Source of the DNA: Eledone cirrhosa
Lineage: Eukaryota
Reading direction: 5' to 3'
DNA: 64,000 nucleotides
Assembly: GCA_964016885.1 (NCBI GenBank)
Contig: OZ024742.1
Location: 94,426,001-94,490,000, forward strand
The position numbers and the translations under genes were made by a program. The notes below the pieces were generated by a model, which worked only from the letters and a program-made list of their open reading frames with translations, was not told the DNA's origin and searched no databases. Numbering within the stretch: position 1 is the stretch's first letter; every line of letters starts with the position of its first letter. Positions 11,969 through 24,822 of the stretch are shown in pieces.

Positions 11969-12909
11969 CAGAATAATGGTGTTAGATTCAGCCCTTTACA
12001 TTCTGAGTTCAAATACTGCAGAGATCAATGTCAACTGCATCTCCCTGAACGTCAATGGAATGAAATACCAGTCAAATACTGCGGTCCATTTCCAAAATGG
12101 CTGACTGAATTCACACGTGCTGTTTCTCATAAAAAATCCCATTCCTTCCCCTTCTCACTCTCCTTTCATTTCTATTTCTATCTTCTGATGAAGCACTAGT
12201 GCTCAAAACATTAAAACTCTTTTACTAATATATCAAGAAATTAAACTAATATATATCTTCAATGTACTGTATTGTTTACTTTGTTGTTTTCCATTTACTT
12301 TTCAAATACACATATTAGGTTGATGTAAAATTAACAACTGTTTTTATTGATTCTAATTTTATTCTACAATACACCACCAAACTATAAACAAAATATGTTT
12401 AAATGATCATTTTGGAGTATACTCGCCATCTATAACTGCTTCACATTTGCTTGGCAAACGATTGAATTCACTTTTAAAAAAGTGATGATCGTTGCAGGCA
12501 ATCTGTTTTGTCATCAGTGAAAAGGTAGTCCAAATCATTGAAGTCTCTAAAGAAAGAGATACATAAATAAATATGTAATTAATTAAGTATAAATTACAGT
12601 TATAATTGATTTCTAGTTTATGCCCATTTATGCCATTTTTTTTTAGTAAACGATTGACGTGATAGTCTATAGGAACTTCAGTGGGAGTATATGGTGGATG
12701 GTCAAACAATTCTCATCCTTTGTCATTGATTGATTTGATTACTCATGTTTATTAATTTTCATCATCCTAATATATATGTTTATACACACACGCGCATCTA
12801 TCATATATATGAAACTAAAATAATTCCAAGAAAACAGCTGATAAGCAGGACTTGTTAATGTGCTTGTCTTCTCTGCATTTCTGTTTTCTGTGTATGTCAC
12901 ACACGTTCC

Positions 12910-12976
<67 letters not shown>

Positions 12977-13127
12977 CATTATTTCTGAAGACGGCATATA
13001 TGTGTGTTTGGTATGTATATTTAATCTTGATAGTTTGTATAATTTTGTATAATTTTGTACATAGATCTGTTGAATATGCATGCCAATTCTAACACATATA
13101 TATCCTAGAAACGATCGTTAAATAATG
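12977..13127 (+). ncRNA. Type I hammerhead-like motif with 116-nt stem II
   Basis: cattattt CTGAAGA [116-nt hairpin] GAAA cgatcg TT aaataatg; 8-bp stem I, palindromic stem III ACGATCGT; second copy at 63247-63397 (-). Confidence 0.7.
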
Positions 13128-13233
13128 AACTTTTTTTGTTTAATATAAGGAACTGTTTCATTGTTTTATTCATTATTTTTTTAATATTTTATTTTATATA
13201 TATATATATATATATATACTATAAAGCTGACGG

Positions 13234-13372
13234 TATTGGTACTTTATTTTATCGACCCCGTAAGGATGAAAGGCAAAGTTAACCTCGGCGGGATTTGAAC
13301 TCAGAATGGCAAGGGCCGTAACTCTATGCGTCAAAGCTTGGAATCCGACTCTCGACCGGTACTGCAATCCAC
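13234..13372 (-). mobile_element. SINE family B, partial
   Basis: tggtactttattttatcgaccccgtaaggatgaaaggcaaagttaacctcggcgggatttgaactcag. Confidence 0.8.
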
Positions 13373-13380
13373 ATATATAT

Positions 13381-13934
13381 GGAGAATAGAAATAGCTGTA
13401 TAGTTGCTATTTAAGGTAACTTAAAATGTAGAGGGAATACGAAGAAAGCAAGAACAGGGGGCCGGAGAGTTTTACTGGGGGTCTAGGATATTTCTACGCT
13501 TTAAAGACAAGATACCACTTCACCCCAGGGCGTCAATAACTGGATAAGTTATTGGGAAAACGAAGGAAGAGGGGAAGGAAAGCAAAGGGGAAGAAAAGAG
13601 AAACAGTAACAAAACAGCGAAAAAACCCCACAAACCGAGCAATGTGCGAGCTACTATCCAAGACCACTCGATTAGAGAACTTAAGTTCGAGACTGAGTAA
13701 TCGAGAGAAAAGACACACGTCCGATAGCCGCAGTTGTGAGTGAGAAAAGAACTGCTAAACGGTCAGACGAGGGGGTGAAAGTGAGAGGGAGAAAGGGGGC
13801 GGAAGAAAGTGGGGTAAGAGTAAATAGCGAGAAAGGGAGGGGATGAAAGAGGGGTGAGAGTAGAAAGTGTTGAAATAGAACTAGAACCTTCGACTGAAAC
13901 AGTTCTAGTCCTGTAGAAGCCATTTCTATATTAA

Positions 13935-13935
<1 letters not shown>
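13381..13935. mobile_element. Unclassified purine-rich structured insertion between (TA)n tracts
   Basis: Short terminal inverted match atagaaatagct/agccatttctat; internal hairpins; motifs shared with 49565-50478. Confidence 0.4.
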
Positions 13936-14017
<82 letters not shown>

Positions 14018-14019
<2 letters not shown>

Positions 14020-14154
14020 TTCGTTTCTGAATTTTTGTTTAGCAAGATTCTTTATCTGAAAACGTGTGTTGAAACCGATATTGTTATGCTTTGGGAGGGT
14101 CATGTTGCGTGTATTTCTTATTGGCAACATGACCCTCCCAAAGTATAACAATAT
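14018..14154. mobile_element. Mini fold-back of the 1515-4335 PLE terminus (tail 14018-14077, arms 14078-14108 and 14124-14154)
   Basis: Near-identical to 4235-4335; flanked by (TA)n. Confidence 0.85.
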
Positions 14155-14174
14155 ATATATAACAATATATATAT

Positions 14175-14214
<40 letters not shown>

Positions 14215-14217
<3 letters not shown>

Positions 14218-14472
14218 TTAAAACAATGAAACAAAAATTCAAGTCATTAGGAATATACTTCACTGTTTTACGATCGTTTCTAGGTGATAATAATACATCG
14301 TACGCATATTTCGTTATCGATCTATGTAAGGTTAGTTACAAAATATCAGATAAGGAGAATATTTACCTACTTGTATATCATCAGCTTTTGTCAAAAGCAA
14401 CATTATCAACATATGGATTACATTGAGTTCTTCATACAAACTAGAACCCATAACTAAGTGTCGATAATTCTG
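14215..14472. mobile_element. Remnant related to the long-stem-II hammerhead family
   Basis: Minus strand cctaGAAAcgatcgTA at about 14266-14284; plus strand ggattacattgagttcttcat (14415-14435) is the exact reverse complement of 63090-63110. Confidence 0.55.
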
Positions 14473-14852
14473 TATATATATATATATATATGATAAACTT
14501 AGGAAAATTAACATAGAGAGGACAAGACAACGAACGAAAACAAAGCAAAATGAAGAAAAACAATTTTCTTAAGGGGGAATCTTTAAAAAATTATTTAAAA
14601 AAAAAAAAAAATTACAAACGAAAGACTCAGAAATCCAGGGTCATCAGCCGTTGAGATGGACTTTGGCAGTTCTGACCCCTAACAATGGTACTGCTGTTCC
14701 ACCTGGGATCACAGTGTCTGACACATGCCTAAGTGCTATCCAGAGGAGTAAGAGACAAGAGAAATCAGTAACTTATAGTAATTAAACTATGACAAGTACA
14801 CAAAATTTTACAGAAAAAAAACGAGGGATACATATTTTAACATATTTAAAAC

Positions 14853-15140
14853 ACTGTTGTCCGCCGGTATTCGCGGGGGTTACGTTCCTTGAGCACCCGC
14901 AAAGAGTGAAAAACCGCGAATATTGGATGTGGTCCATAAAAATGCTTATAAACGTCAAAATATAACGTACAATATACGCCGGCAAGTATGGTATATTGTT
15001 ATGAACAATTTAGCGTTAAAATGCATGAAAAAATATATATTGCCACGTAAAAAGCCATTGAAAATTTTGTGGAAAATATTTACAATTCTGCAAAAAAGAC
15101 TTGGCCTAAATATCACTTACATATCTTCCTGTGCTCTATG
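14853..15140 (+). mobile_element. Tigger/pogo-like DNA transposon end
   Basis: ctgttgtccgccggtattcgcgggggttacgttcc...aaaaccgcgaata resembles Tigger/MER2-type termini; partner TIR not found. Confidence 0.5.
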
Positions 15141-15629
15141 AACAACCTTTTATGATACCTGCTCTAGAGAGATTATTATGTCTTTGACACAGCTGAAGAG
15201 TACCCTTGACTTTTTGTTTGACAGTTTTTCTATGGCTGAGTGCTTTGTAAATTTTATTGTAAGTGATTCATATCGATACAGCTTCTGGAGAATCTAATAC
15301 TAATTTTATTTTACATTAAAAGAAACATTATATGTCAAAAAAAAGGACATTACAAAAAATCCCAGATTTACGAATGTACACTATACAATAACCGATTACC
15401 CTCCCTGTTTATTCCATCCAGATCCCCCCCAATTACCACCCGCCTATTATTTGGGACCCGAGTAAGTATGTCATGTTGCCAATTATTGCTCCCATTTGTC
15501 ATCTTTGTTGTGATATTAAGTTTCCTGAAGCTGGTCTTCACTACATCATCTAATGTCTTCCTAGGCCTACTTCCACGAATCCCATCTACTCAGATTTCTC
15601 TACATTTCTTTATATATACATAGTGTGGA

Positions 15630-16165
15630 TACTGCATGGCTTAATGTTTAAAAGGCTCACTTCCCATTCATTAGATACTGGGTTCAATTCCAATTTATAG
15701 CATTTTGGGCAAGTATCATTTACCATAGCCTCAGATCAATTTATTCTTGGCAAGTCAGACTTGAACATCAAAAACTGCTTAGAAGACTGTAAGATAGTGC
15801 AGTCTAAAGGACAATCATTGCCACATACTGCGTTATGCTGAATCTCCCTCGGCAATACACTAAGGACATACGTGCCTGTGTAATGCTTACAAATAAATTT
15901 CACGAGTTGGTTGTTTCTTTGATTGAACAACTGGAACTCTCATCGTTGAAAACACTGTAGACCACCCCATTTATATGTGTTTGTGTGTCATCATCATCAT
16001 CATCATTGTTTAACGTCTATCTTCCACGCTATCATGGGTTAGACGAGAATTGTCCCACTCGAGGCAAGATTGGTCGGGTGACCGTGTCTCACTTGTATAG
16101 GACTATCTGGCATGTTTTCTATCGCTGGATACCCTTCCTAACACCAACCACATTTACAGTGTGAA
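15630..16165. mobile_element. Decayed SINE A-like copy (+, 15630-15965) and SINE/RTE tail (-, 15989-16165)
   Basis: atggcttaatg..gggttcaattcc..ttgggcaag; (CAT)n gtttaacgtc..ctggatacccttcctaacaccaacc. Confidence 0.55.
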
Positions 16166-16186
16166 AAAATAGCGAATGAAGGCTCC

Positions 16187-16259
<73 letters not shown>

Positions 16260-17667
16260 CAGGCATATATACATATAATCAGGTATATATATAATCAAGT
16301 ATATAGAGGGAAAAGTTTCCTTTATATCATTTTTAATTCCTTCCACATGTTTCAAGAGTGTTGTACATCCAATTATTTGAATAATGTTAGGTGAAAATTT
16401 ATATAATCAATATCTATACATACACAATAATATATAGGTATATTTTTGCACTTCTCCATCATTAGTGGAAGGTTGACTGCAAATTTTGTAGGCTGACAAA
16501 GATACTCTCATGGAATGACCAAATGGGGTTTATTTTTCAGCATCATCTCTAGAAAGAAACAATGCAGATATTAATAATAAGTGTTGAAGTTAATGCTTGC
16601 AATATTTCACAGCTTTATCATCCCTCATTCATAGTCAGCATTTATATATATATATATGTGTGTGTGTGCGTGTGTGTGCAACATATAAACATGTACACTT
16701 ACACGCATACATATATATGAAAACAAAACAATACAATGTAAGAACGAGTAAAGAAATCACAGAAATGAATGCAAGAGCAAATAAAATAATACTCAGAAAA
16801 ATACAAAGGGAATATTGTTCTTTTAAATATAAAAATTCAATAAAGAAAACAAGGAAGGAAAAGGAAAACCTGAAAGTGTTTGTTGTGTAAACTAATGAAT
16901 AATTAAGACATAATTATCTCATGTTGTTCATTGGTTGGATTAGAGCAGTGAGGGAAGTTAATATTCTTAACCAACATTTGACAGAATTGGCAGACTTAAT
17001 CCAATCAAACATGGGAGACGTTCATAATAAACAATGATAATGTTGTTGTTGTTGGTGGTGGTAGTAATGCTGGGAGTACAGATGGTGTTGGTGGTGGTAG
17101 TAATGCTGGGAGTACAGATGGTGTTGGTGGTGGTGGTGGTGGTGGGGTGTGAGTAGTGATGGCGTTGGTGATGGTGTGAGTACTAATGGTGTGTAATTGT
17201 GGTGGTGGTGATGGGGGGGAGTACTGATGGCGTTGGTGGTGGTGCGTAATTGTAGTTCTAGTGGTAGTGGTGGTGTGTAATCGCAGTGGTAATGGTGGTG
17301 GTGGCAGTGGAGCTGTTTAATTGTGGTGGTTTGACATAGTGGTAGTGATGATGTTTCTATTGGTGGTGTTGGTGGTCACAACAACACTGGCGGTGGTGGT
17401 GATAGATTGCAATGGCAAAGGGGTCTGTATCAGGTGGAATTTTGGTTGTTAGAAAACAACGGAGGTGGATAGGAGGAGTAATGAAGGTCTACAGATCTGT
17501 TTTAAAATCCTCAATTGATCATTTAGCTTTAATTTGTGTTCACATGCACACATGCACATACATACATACATAAATGCACGGGTGTATATGTATATATATA
17601 TATATATATATGTATCTATCTCTCTTTCTCTCTCTCATGTATATATATATGTGTGTGAGTATGTATG

Positions 17668-17699
<32 letters not shown>

Positions 17700-18494
17700 T
17701 GTATATGTGTGTGTGTAGGTGTATATGTATATATGATTATAGAGAGAAAGAAACCAAATAGGAAGAAACATATGCACATAAGACATATTTAAAGAAGATT
17801 TAAAATGTAAATAAACAATGCAATTGCTACCACTGCCAGCCATACCACTACAACCACTACTACTCCACTACAACCATTAACAATAACAACATACCAATGA
17901 ACAGCATCATCATCATAATGGTCATTATAAGTATTAAATATTCCCCAATCCTTATAAAATTACATTAGACAGTAATGTAAAATAGATTAATTAAAAAAAG
18001 TGTATAGATTAGTTGTGAGTATGCTATCAACTATATATTCGTTGTTGTCATCCATATCATCATCATCACCATCAACACTTCAATCATCAAAACCACAATC
18101 ATCATCATCATCATCGACACCACCACCATCATCATTGTTAGAAACATCCACCTGCAAACCCAATCATCATTATCATCATCACCGACATCGTTACCACAAC
18201 CACCATCACTACCAATGCCCTCACATTACCCTCCCCACCTCTACCATCACCATCATCAATAACCTCCTCTCCCCCTCATATCCACCCACCACCACGAAAA
18301 CCAACAACACCACCATCAACACTACAACCACCATCAATATCACTATCATATCACCCAACCCACCTCCACCATTACCATTGTCAATTCCTCCTCCTCAGCC
18401 TCCTACGCTGCTATTTAAGTCACCTAGGTGGTGGTGGTGATGGTATTGGTGTTGGTGGTCGTGAAGGTAGCAGTGTTTTTGTTGATGCTAGTGG

Positions 18495-19370
18495 TGGGGT
18501 TTGTGGTGTTGGTGGTTGTGATGTTGGTGCTTGTGATGTTGGTGGTTGTGATGTTGGTGGTTGTGATGTTGGTGGTTGTGATGTTGGTGGTTGTGATGTT
18601 GGTGGTTGTGATGTTGGTGCTTGTGATGTTGGTGGTTGTGGTGTTAGTGGTGGTGATGTTGGTGGTTGTGATGTTGGTGGTTGTGATGTTGGTGCTTGTG
18701 ATGTTGGTGGTTGTGATGTTGGTGGTTGTGATGTTGGTGCTTGTGATGTTGGTGGTTGTGGTGTTAGTGGTGGTGATGTTGGTGGTTGTGATGTTGGTGG
18801 TTGTGGTGTTAGTGGTGGTGATGTTGGTGGTGGTGATGTTGGTGGTTGTGATGTTGGTGGTTGTGATGTTGGTGGTTGTGATGTTGGTGCTTGTGATGTT
18901 GGTGGTTGTGATGTTGGTGGTTGTGATGTTGGTGGTTGTGATGTTGGTGCTTGTGATGTTGGTGGTTGTGGTGTTAGTGGTGGTGATGTTGGTGGTTGTG
19001 ATGTTGGTGGTTGTGATGTTGGTGGTTGTGGTGTTGGTGGTTGTGATGTTGGTGGTTGTGATGTTGGTGGTTGTGATGTTGGTGCTTGTGATGTTGGTGG
19101 TTGTGGTGTTAGTGGTGGTGATGTTGGTGGTGGTGATGTTGGTGGTTGTGATGTTGGTGGTTGTGATGTTGGTGGTTGTGGTGTTAGTGGTGGTGATGTT
19201 GGTGGTTGTGATGTTGGTGGTTGTGATGTTGGTGGTTGTGGTGTTGGTGGTTGTGATGTTGGTAGTTGTGATGTTGGTGGTTGTGATGTTGGTGGTTGTG
19301 GTGTTGGTGGTTGTGATGTTGGTAGTTATGATGTTGGTGGTTGTGGTGTTAGTGGTCGTGATGCTAGTGG
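18495..19370. repeat. 15-bp minisatellite (GTGATGTTGGTGGTT)n with variant units
   Basis: Direct reading; translates as VMLVV / TTNIT. Confidence 0.95.
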
Positions 19371-19559
19371 CATTGGTGGTATAATAATAATGATCAAAAC
19401 AAAAAATTGTTTTCAAAGAAGTCAACAAATTCAAAACAAAATCTAAATTGGCAGATAAGTATGAGGAAAATAAAAATAAAGAAGTTTCAACAGAAATTGC
19501 CTGAAAGATAAAATCTAAATTAAAAACATATTCAGGATACCATATTAGAAGGATGTCAA

Positions 19560-20360
19560 GAAAAATCCCGACAAAACCAATACCCTAGAAACCTGAACAT
19601 AAAGGATGGGGTCATGCAAAACTCCCAAAAACTAGCTAAAAAGAACCAGACTGAAGGCAGAGATTGAAAGATATCTAATTGCAGTAAAATTCAAAACCCA
19701 TGAGAAACCATGAAAATACTCAATGGAGCAGAACATAGTAAACAACTGCAGAATATGGTTACAAAAAAACTAAGCACATTATCTCTGGCTGCCCCCAAAA
19801 GAATATCTACAAACATGATAGAATTTAGATTTACTTACACTGGATGTTATGCTAACACTACAAAGTACCAACGGAAAAAGATCATGCAAAAACACACGAG
19901 AACATGTGTCTGAGAATGACAAAACAATCATACTCTGGGATATGTCAATATACACAGAAATGGAGATCAAAGCTCACTGACAGGATATTAATGTCAAAGA
20001 CCACAAAGGAAAAATGACTTCTAATTACTGTACCTATCCCCACAGATGACAATATATTATACAGGAAATATAGAATTTATCCAAATATAAAGAACTAGAG
20101 ATAGAAATATTCAAATGTAGATGATGAAATCAGAAACAATCCCTGTAATAATAGGTGCTCTGAGAATAATTTTAAAAAGTAGACAGATACTTAATCAAAA
20201 GCCCAGGACCCACAAATATGTACTGCATACAGAAAATAACACTATTAGTTACTGCATACATATTAAAAAGTGTATTTTCAATACAATAGAAACTACAACA
20301 CAACACATAACCAAGGCACATATAGCTGTACTTGTTAATGCAGTGATGTGATTCAATCAA
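19560..20360 (+). mobile_element. Highly decayed R4/Dong-like 3' fragment
   Basis: Remnants CRI..HIISGCP, ILWDMSIYTEMEIKA, ETIPVIIGAL; ends in (AAT)n. Confidence 0.6.
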
Positions 20361-20377
20361 AATAAGACAAATAATAA

Positions 20378-20822
20378 TAATTGTTTCTACATTTGGTACA
20401 AGACCAGTAATTTGAATGGAATGGGAAAGTCTTTTAACCATTTAGAATTTACATTACTCTATATATACTATTGTATTTTTGTAGTAAAGGCTTTACCTCA
20501 CATAATTATCTCACATAATATCGAATCTATGAGATTTTGATATTATTTATTTTGAGAAACTTACGTTAACATCAGTATGAGTGGTCAGTTACAGCTAGCT
20601 TGAACAGAAAGAGGTGAGAAAATTCTGGCCGGATGCAGCTGGTTTAAATGCTAAAGGGTTAAATCAATGCAAGTAAGTTACTCATATTTTATCGATGATC
20701 CCTGGAGGATGAAATGGAAAGTTAACCTTGGCTGGATTTGAATTTAGAATGTAAAGGTCGAGAACAAAATACCATAAACCATTTTGTTTGATGCTCTACA
20801 GATTCTGCCAATTCTTTGCCCT
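20378..20822 (-). mobile_element. SINE family B interrupted by a MITE
   Basis: Halves at 20378-20433 and 20663-20822. Confidence 0.65.
20438..20658. mobile_element. piggyBac-type MITE with TTAA target duplication
   Basis: TTAA-ccatttagaattta ... taaatgctaaaggg-TTAA. Confidence 0.7.
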
Positions 20823-20945
20823 GGTAATAATAGTAAAGGTTTCTAATTTAGGTACAAGACCAGCTATTTGAGTCAGAGAAATGTTAATTAAACCAAACCA
20901 GTACTTGACTGGTATTTTATTTTAGCAACCACAGAAGGATAACGT

Positions 20946-21230
20946 GGAAATGTGTGGCCTAGTGGTAAGGGAGTTGGACTTATAATCATAATGTTGTGGG
21001 TTCGATATCTGGACTGGGTTGTGTGTTGCGTTCTTGAGCAAAACACTTCATTTCATGTGGTTCCAGTATATTCAGCTGAAAATGTGTAGCAGCAATAGCT
21101 GGGGGTTTAACCCTGCAATAGATTTGTGTCTTGTCTAGGAGGCGGGAAACTTGTACTCTCTGTTGCTTCACCCCAAAGAAACTGGGATAAACACCAGCCT
21201 GATGAGCCTCTGGACTCGAGACAGACTTTA
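20946..21230 (+). mobile_element. CORE-like tRNA SINE nested in a family B SINE (20838-20940 and 21235-21347, -)
   Basis: TGGCCTAGTGG, GGGTTCGATATC, gttcttgagcaaaacactt. Confidence 0.7.
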
Positions 21231-21977
21231 GATAGAAAGATGACAGCCAAGTTAATCTCAGTGAGATTTGAACTCAGAATGTAATGAGTTATAGCTAGAT
21301 ACCATCAAGCATTTTGTCTGACGTCCATACAATTCTGCCCATCCACCAGTGTACTATAAGCCGATAAAATATGTCATGATGGTCATGGATTGAACGCCTT
21401 TGATCATATATATGTGTGTATCTGCTCAACTTGGAGTTAAACAACAACTTGCGGGTAAGTTAACTAAGCTCTAGTGAATTGAATATATTATCTCATGACA
21501 TTCACAAAAAGAAAAATCAGTGGGACTCCACAACCAAAAATTCATCCAACACTCCTTATCAACTCAGCCAAAATATGAATGGTAATTTAGAAAACTGAAT
21601 TACTCATGCCTTAATGTGCCCAGTATTCCATGGCATGCTGTTTAATAAGATAAACATCTCTGGTCAATATTTAATAAATATCAAAGAATTATATCATCAT
21701 TAGTGTGGTTCCAATAACGAAATGACTTTCGACAAACTGAAAATAGTCAAATCACGAACGATAATAGGTGTATAGGAATATCTCCAATTACAAATGAGTT
21801 CCACAATGTATAATTATGTAGATATGTATGCATATTTCAGGCTCATATATCACTATTTTCTTATAATATCTCGTATGCAGTCATTGTTGTACTGCCCAGC
21901 TACATAATGACAATTAAAATACATATCTCTACCTCTCACACACTCACTTTTTCTGTATCATCATCATCTCATGTATG

Positions 21978-22016
<39 letters not shown>

Positions 22017-22397
22017 CGTGTGTATGTGTCTATATATATATATATGTATATATACACACAATATATATATATACATATGCATGTATGTGTATATATACAT
22101 ATATGAATATACACAAACACACAAAGATATATTTACATACACATAGCTATGTCTCAGTATGTGTGTGTATTTGCATACAAATCACTGTTTATGTTTCTGC
22201 ATGTGTTGTGCTTTTATACTTGTGTATATTTCCATGTGTTTGTGAATTAATATGCCAACTGATATCTGGTTCGGTCATGCATTTGAAACATGAGTGTGAT
22301 TCTATGCATTCATCAATATATATGGAAACATATATCGTACACACACACGTGTGTTTATATATATATATGTAAACATGCCTGTGTGTATATATATATA

Positions 22398-22744
22398 TCA
22401 TCATCATCATCATCAACATTTTACATCCGCTTTTCCCTGCTTGCAAGGGTGGGACTGGAACTGATTCTGGCTTGATTTCTACAGCTGGATGCCCTTCCTA
22501 ACACCAACCTCATTTACAGTGGGTGCTGGGTGCTTTTTATTTCCATGGCGCGTCCACAACCACTTTACAGTGGAATGATAGGGACCCCAGTCCCTATCAT
22601 CTCATTTCTACAGCTGAGTAAACTGGAGCAATGTGAAATATAGTGTCTTGCTCAAGGACACAACACATCACCCGGTCTGAGAATTGAACTCACAACCTTT
22701 CGATTGCAAGGCCAATGCTCTAACCACTAAACCATATGCCTCCA
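22398..22744 (-). mobile_element. SINE family A, full length
   Basis: Reverse complement of 5009-5350. Confidence 0.85.
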
Positions 22745-22757
22745 TTATATATATATA

Positions 22758-23255
22758 CCGAAAACGATAAATGGAAAAAAATGAAACGAAATTTCATTTC
22801 TCCCTCTTAGTACGGCTGTTACTTAAATATAAGTATGTATCGGTACGCCCGACCGATTAACTCACTCGATATGCAAATTAGGCTGCTCAGCCATTAATAT
22901 GCATAAGGAAAGTATATACTTTCAGACGTTCAACCATCTGGCAGGAAGGTATACGATGCTGACGATAGCTAATAAGCTTGAAACTAGTACATCGTTCCTT
23001 TGTGAGTGTTGAACAAAAGGGCAACGATGGTTGCTAAACACTGTACGGCTTAATTCGGGATGTTTGTTTACAAACAAGCCGAGCATTATAATAAATGTTC
23101 GGTGAATCCATACATACATATATATATGTGTGCATGTATGTGTATATATACATACTACTGTACGTCTGTATATATATATGTATACATACTTATATTTAAG
23201 TAACAGCTGTACTAAGAGTGAGAAATGAAATTTTGTTTCATTTTTTTCCATTTAT
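22758..23255 (+). mobile_element. Non-coding fold-back element in (TA)n (arms 22767-22840 and 23182-23255) containing a hammerhead
   Basis: 74-bp imperfect inverted arms with (TA)n flanks. Confidence 0.75.
22953..22995 (+). ncRNA. Minimal type I hammerhead ribozyme motif
   Basis: acgatg CTGACGA t agct aata agct t GAAA ctag TA catcgt; 6-bp stem I, palindromic stem III ACTAGT. Confidence 0.85.
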
Positions 23256-24127
23256 ATATATATATATATATGCTTGTACATATATATTACCACATTTAAA
23301 CATATAAATGTGAATAATGATGATAGTACATGCATACACATACATACACATACATACAAACACATACACATACATACACATGCAAATGTTATCTTACCCC
23401 TAAAACCTGTACAGAGGTATCGCCGTACAGCTCAAATTCAGACTAAACCTATCTCATGCACAATCACATTCTATTTTTGATAAATTCAAATCTTGGAGTC
23501 ATCTCCTTTGCCATCCTTGATGAGAATTAATCTGATATATTTTCCTCCACACCAACCCCCCAACCCCCAGCTACAAATATAATCACTTCAAAATTTTTCT
23601 ATCACTTTATTAAGTATTTTTGTATCAAATTTACCAAAATCAGGTTTGTCCATCTCAGCTGTAAGATAGTTGATAATAGATATAATATATTGTTTGTATA
23701 CCATTGTTGCTGCTTCTTTCTGTGAGACACATGGTGCATGTGCTTTTTCTAACTATGTTTGTGCATGAATTTTTGTTTTGTTTACTGTCTTATATGATTT
23801 TTGTAAGTAACTTCTAGTATTTTCTTCTGCTGTGTTTAATATATTTTTGGTTGAATTTGATTATCTCTTATGTTTCTGGTAAGAAAGGAAACATTAGATT
23901 TGGTTGGTGTGTCATTAGGCACCTTCTGGTAAAGCCAAGTTTCTAAGTGAAGTATTTAGGTAGAAGTGTTTAGATGATAAGTGGAGGATGTGTGTGTGTG
24001 TGAGTGAGTTATTTTAGCTGTATATGGGATTGTTTCTATATTTTGTGAATGTGTGGGAAGTTCATGAAGGTATAGGTTCAAAAAGGTGGCTCACATGATG
24101 TGTCCCTAGAGGAGAAATGCTGTTCTT

Positions 24128-24822
24128 ATACACTGTCAAGAAGGCCGAGGGTGTTTTGGCATCACTCAGCAAGACCTTTGTTAGCCGTTCTCCAGCCATC
24201 TATTTAAAGCTGTATACAGCTATGGTACGACCACACTTGGAATTCGCATCATCAGTCCGGAACCCCTATCTTGCTCAGAACATTGACCTCCTGGAAACTG
24301 TTCAGAGACGTGCAACCAAGCGCATACCCTCCATCAGACACCTACCATATTCTGAACGCCTTGCTTCCTTGGGCATGGATTCATTGAAGCTCCGACGTCT
24401 GTCGATGGACTTGGTAAACACCCACAAAGTTATTAACCATCTCACCAACAACATCCCTGAGCACCTTTTTGATCTCCATGTGTCTAACACACGTGGACAT
24501 GCCAACAAAGTCAGAAGACAACATGACTTTCGGAAACATTTTTTCATGCTTGGAGTTGCTGAAGCATGGAAAAAACTGCCTGTGTCAGTTGTTAGCTGCC
24601 GAGACACTGCATCCTTTAAAACCCTCATGCTTTCCAAACTTCGCAAAAACTACACCTGATGTCCCCCTTCCATACACATGAACACATGTATTTCATGACT
24701 CATGCACTGTTCATTTTCCTGACGTTTGTACATTACCCTATGTACTATACATACACTTTTTATGAGTTGTAGTGCACCTGAGCACTGTACACAATATTTT
24801 CATTATTATTATTATTATTATT
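24128..24822 (+). mobile_element. CR1/L2-group LINE 3' fragment
   Basis: LYTAMVRPHLEFASSV..LETVQRRATK..YSERL..TRGH..RKHFF..W..LP..VV; 3' UTR and (ATT)n tail. Confidence 0.85.

Noticed and set aside
14266-14392. Pairing minus-strand CTGATGA (about 14378-14384) with GAAACGATCGTA as a full hammerhead
   Set aside because: Flanks do not form stem I; only the 3' half is credible
14628-14660. CTGATGA on the minus strand
   Set aside because: No downstream GAAA and stem I partner found
18495-19370. Possible CRISPR-like or telomeric array
   Set aside because: No unique spacers, not TTAGGG, eukaryotic context
18424-19434. Mucin-like TTNIT ORF and Val-rich ORF
   Set aside because: Both are products of a 15-bp minisatellite lacking stops; no signal peptide or exon evidence
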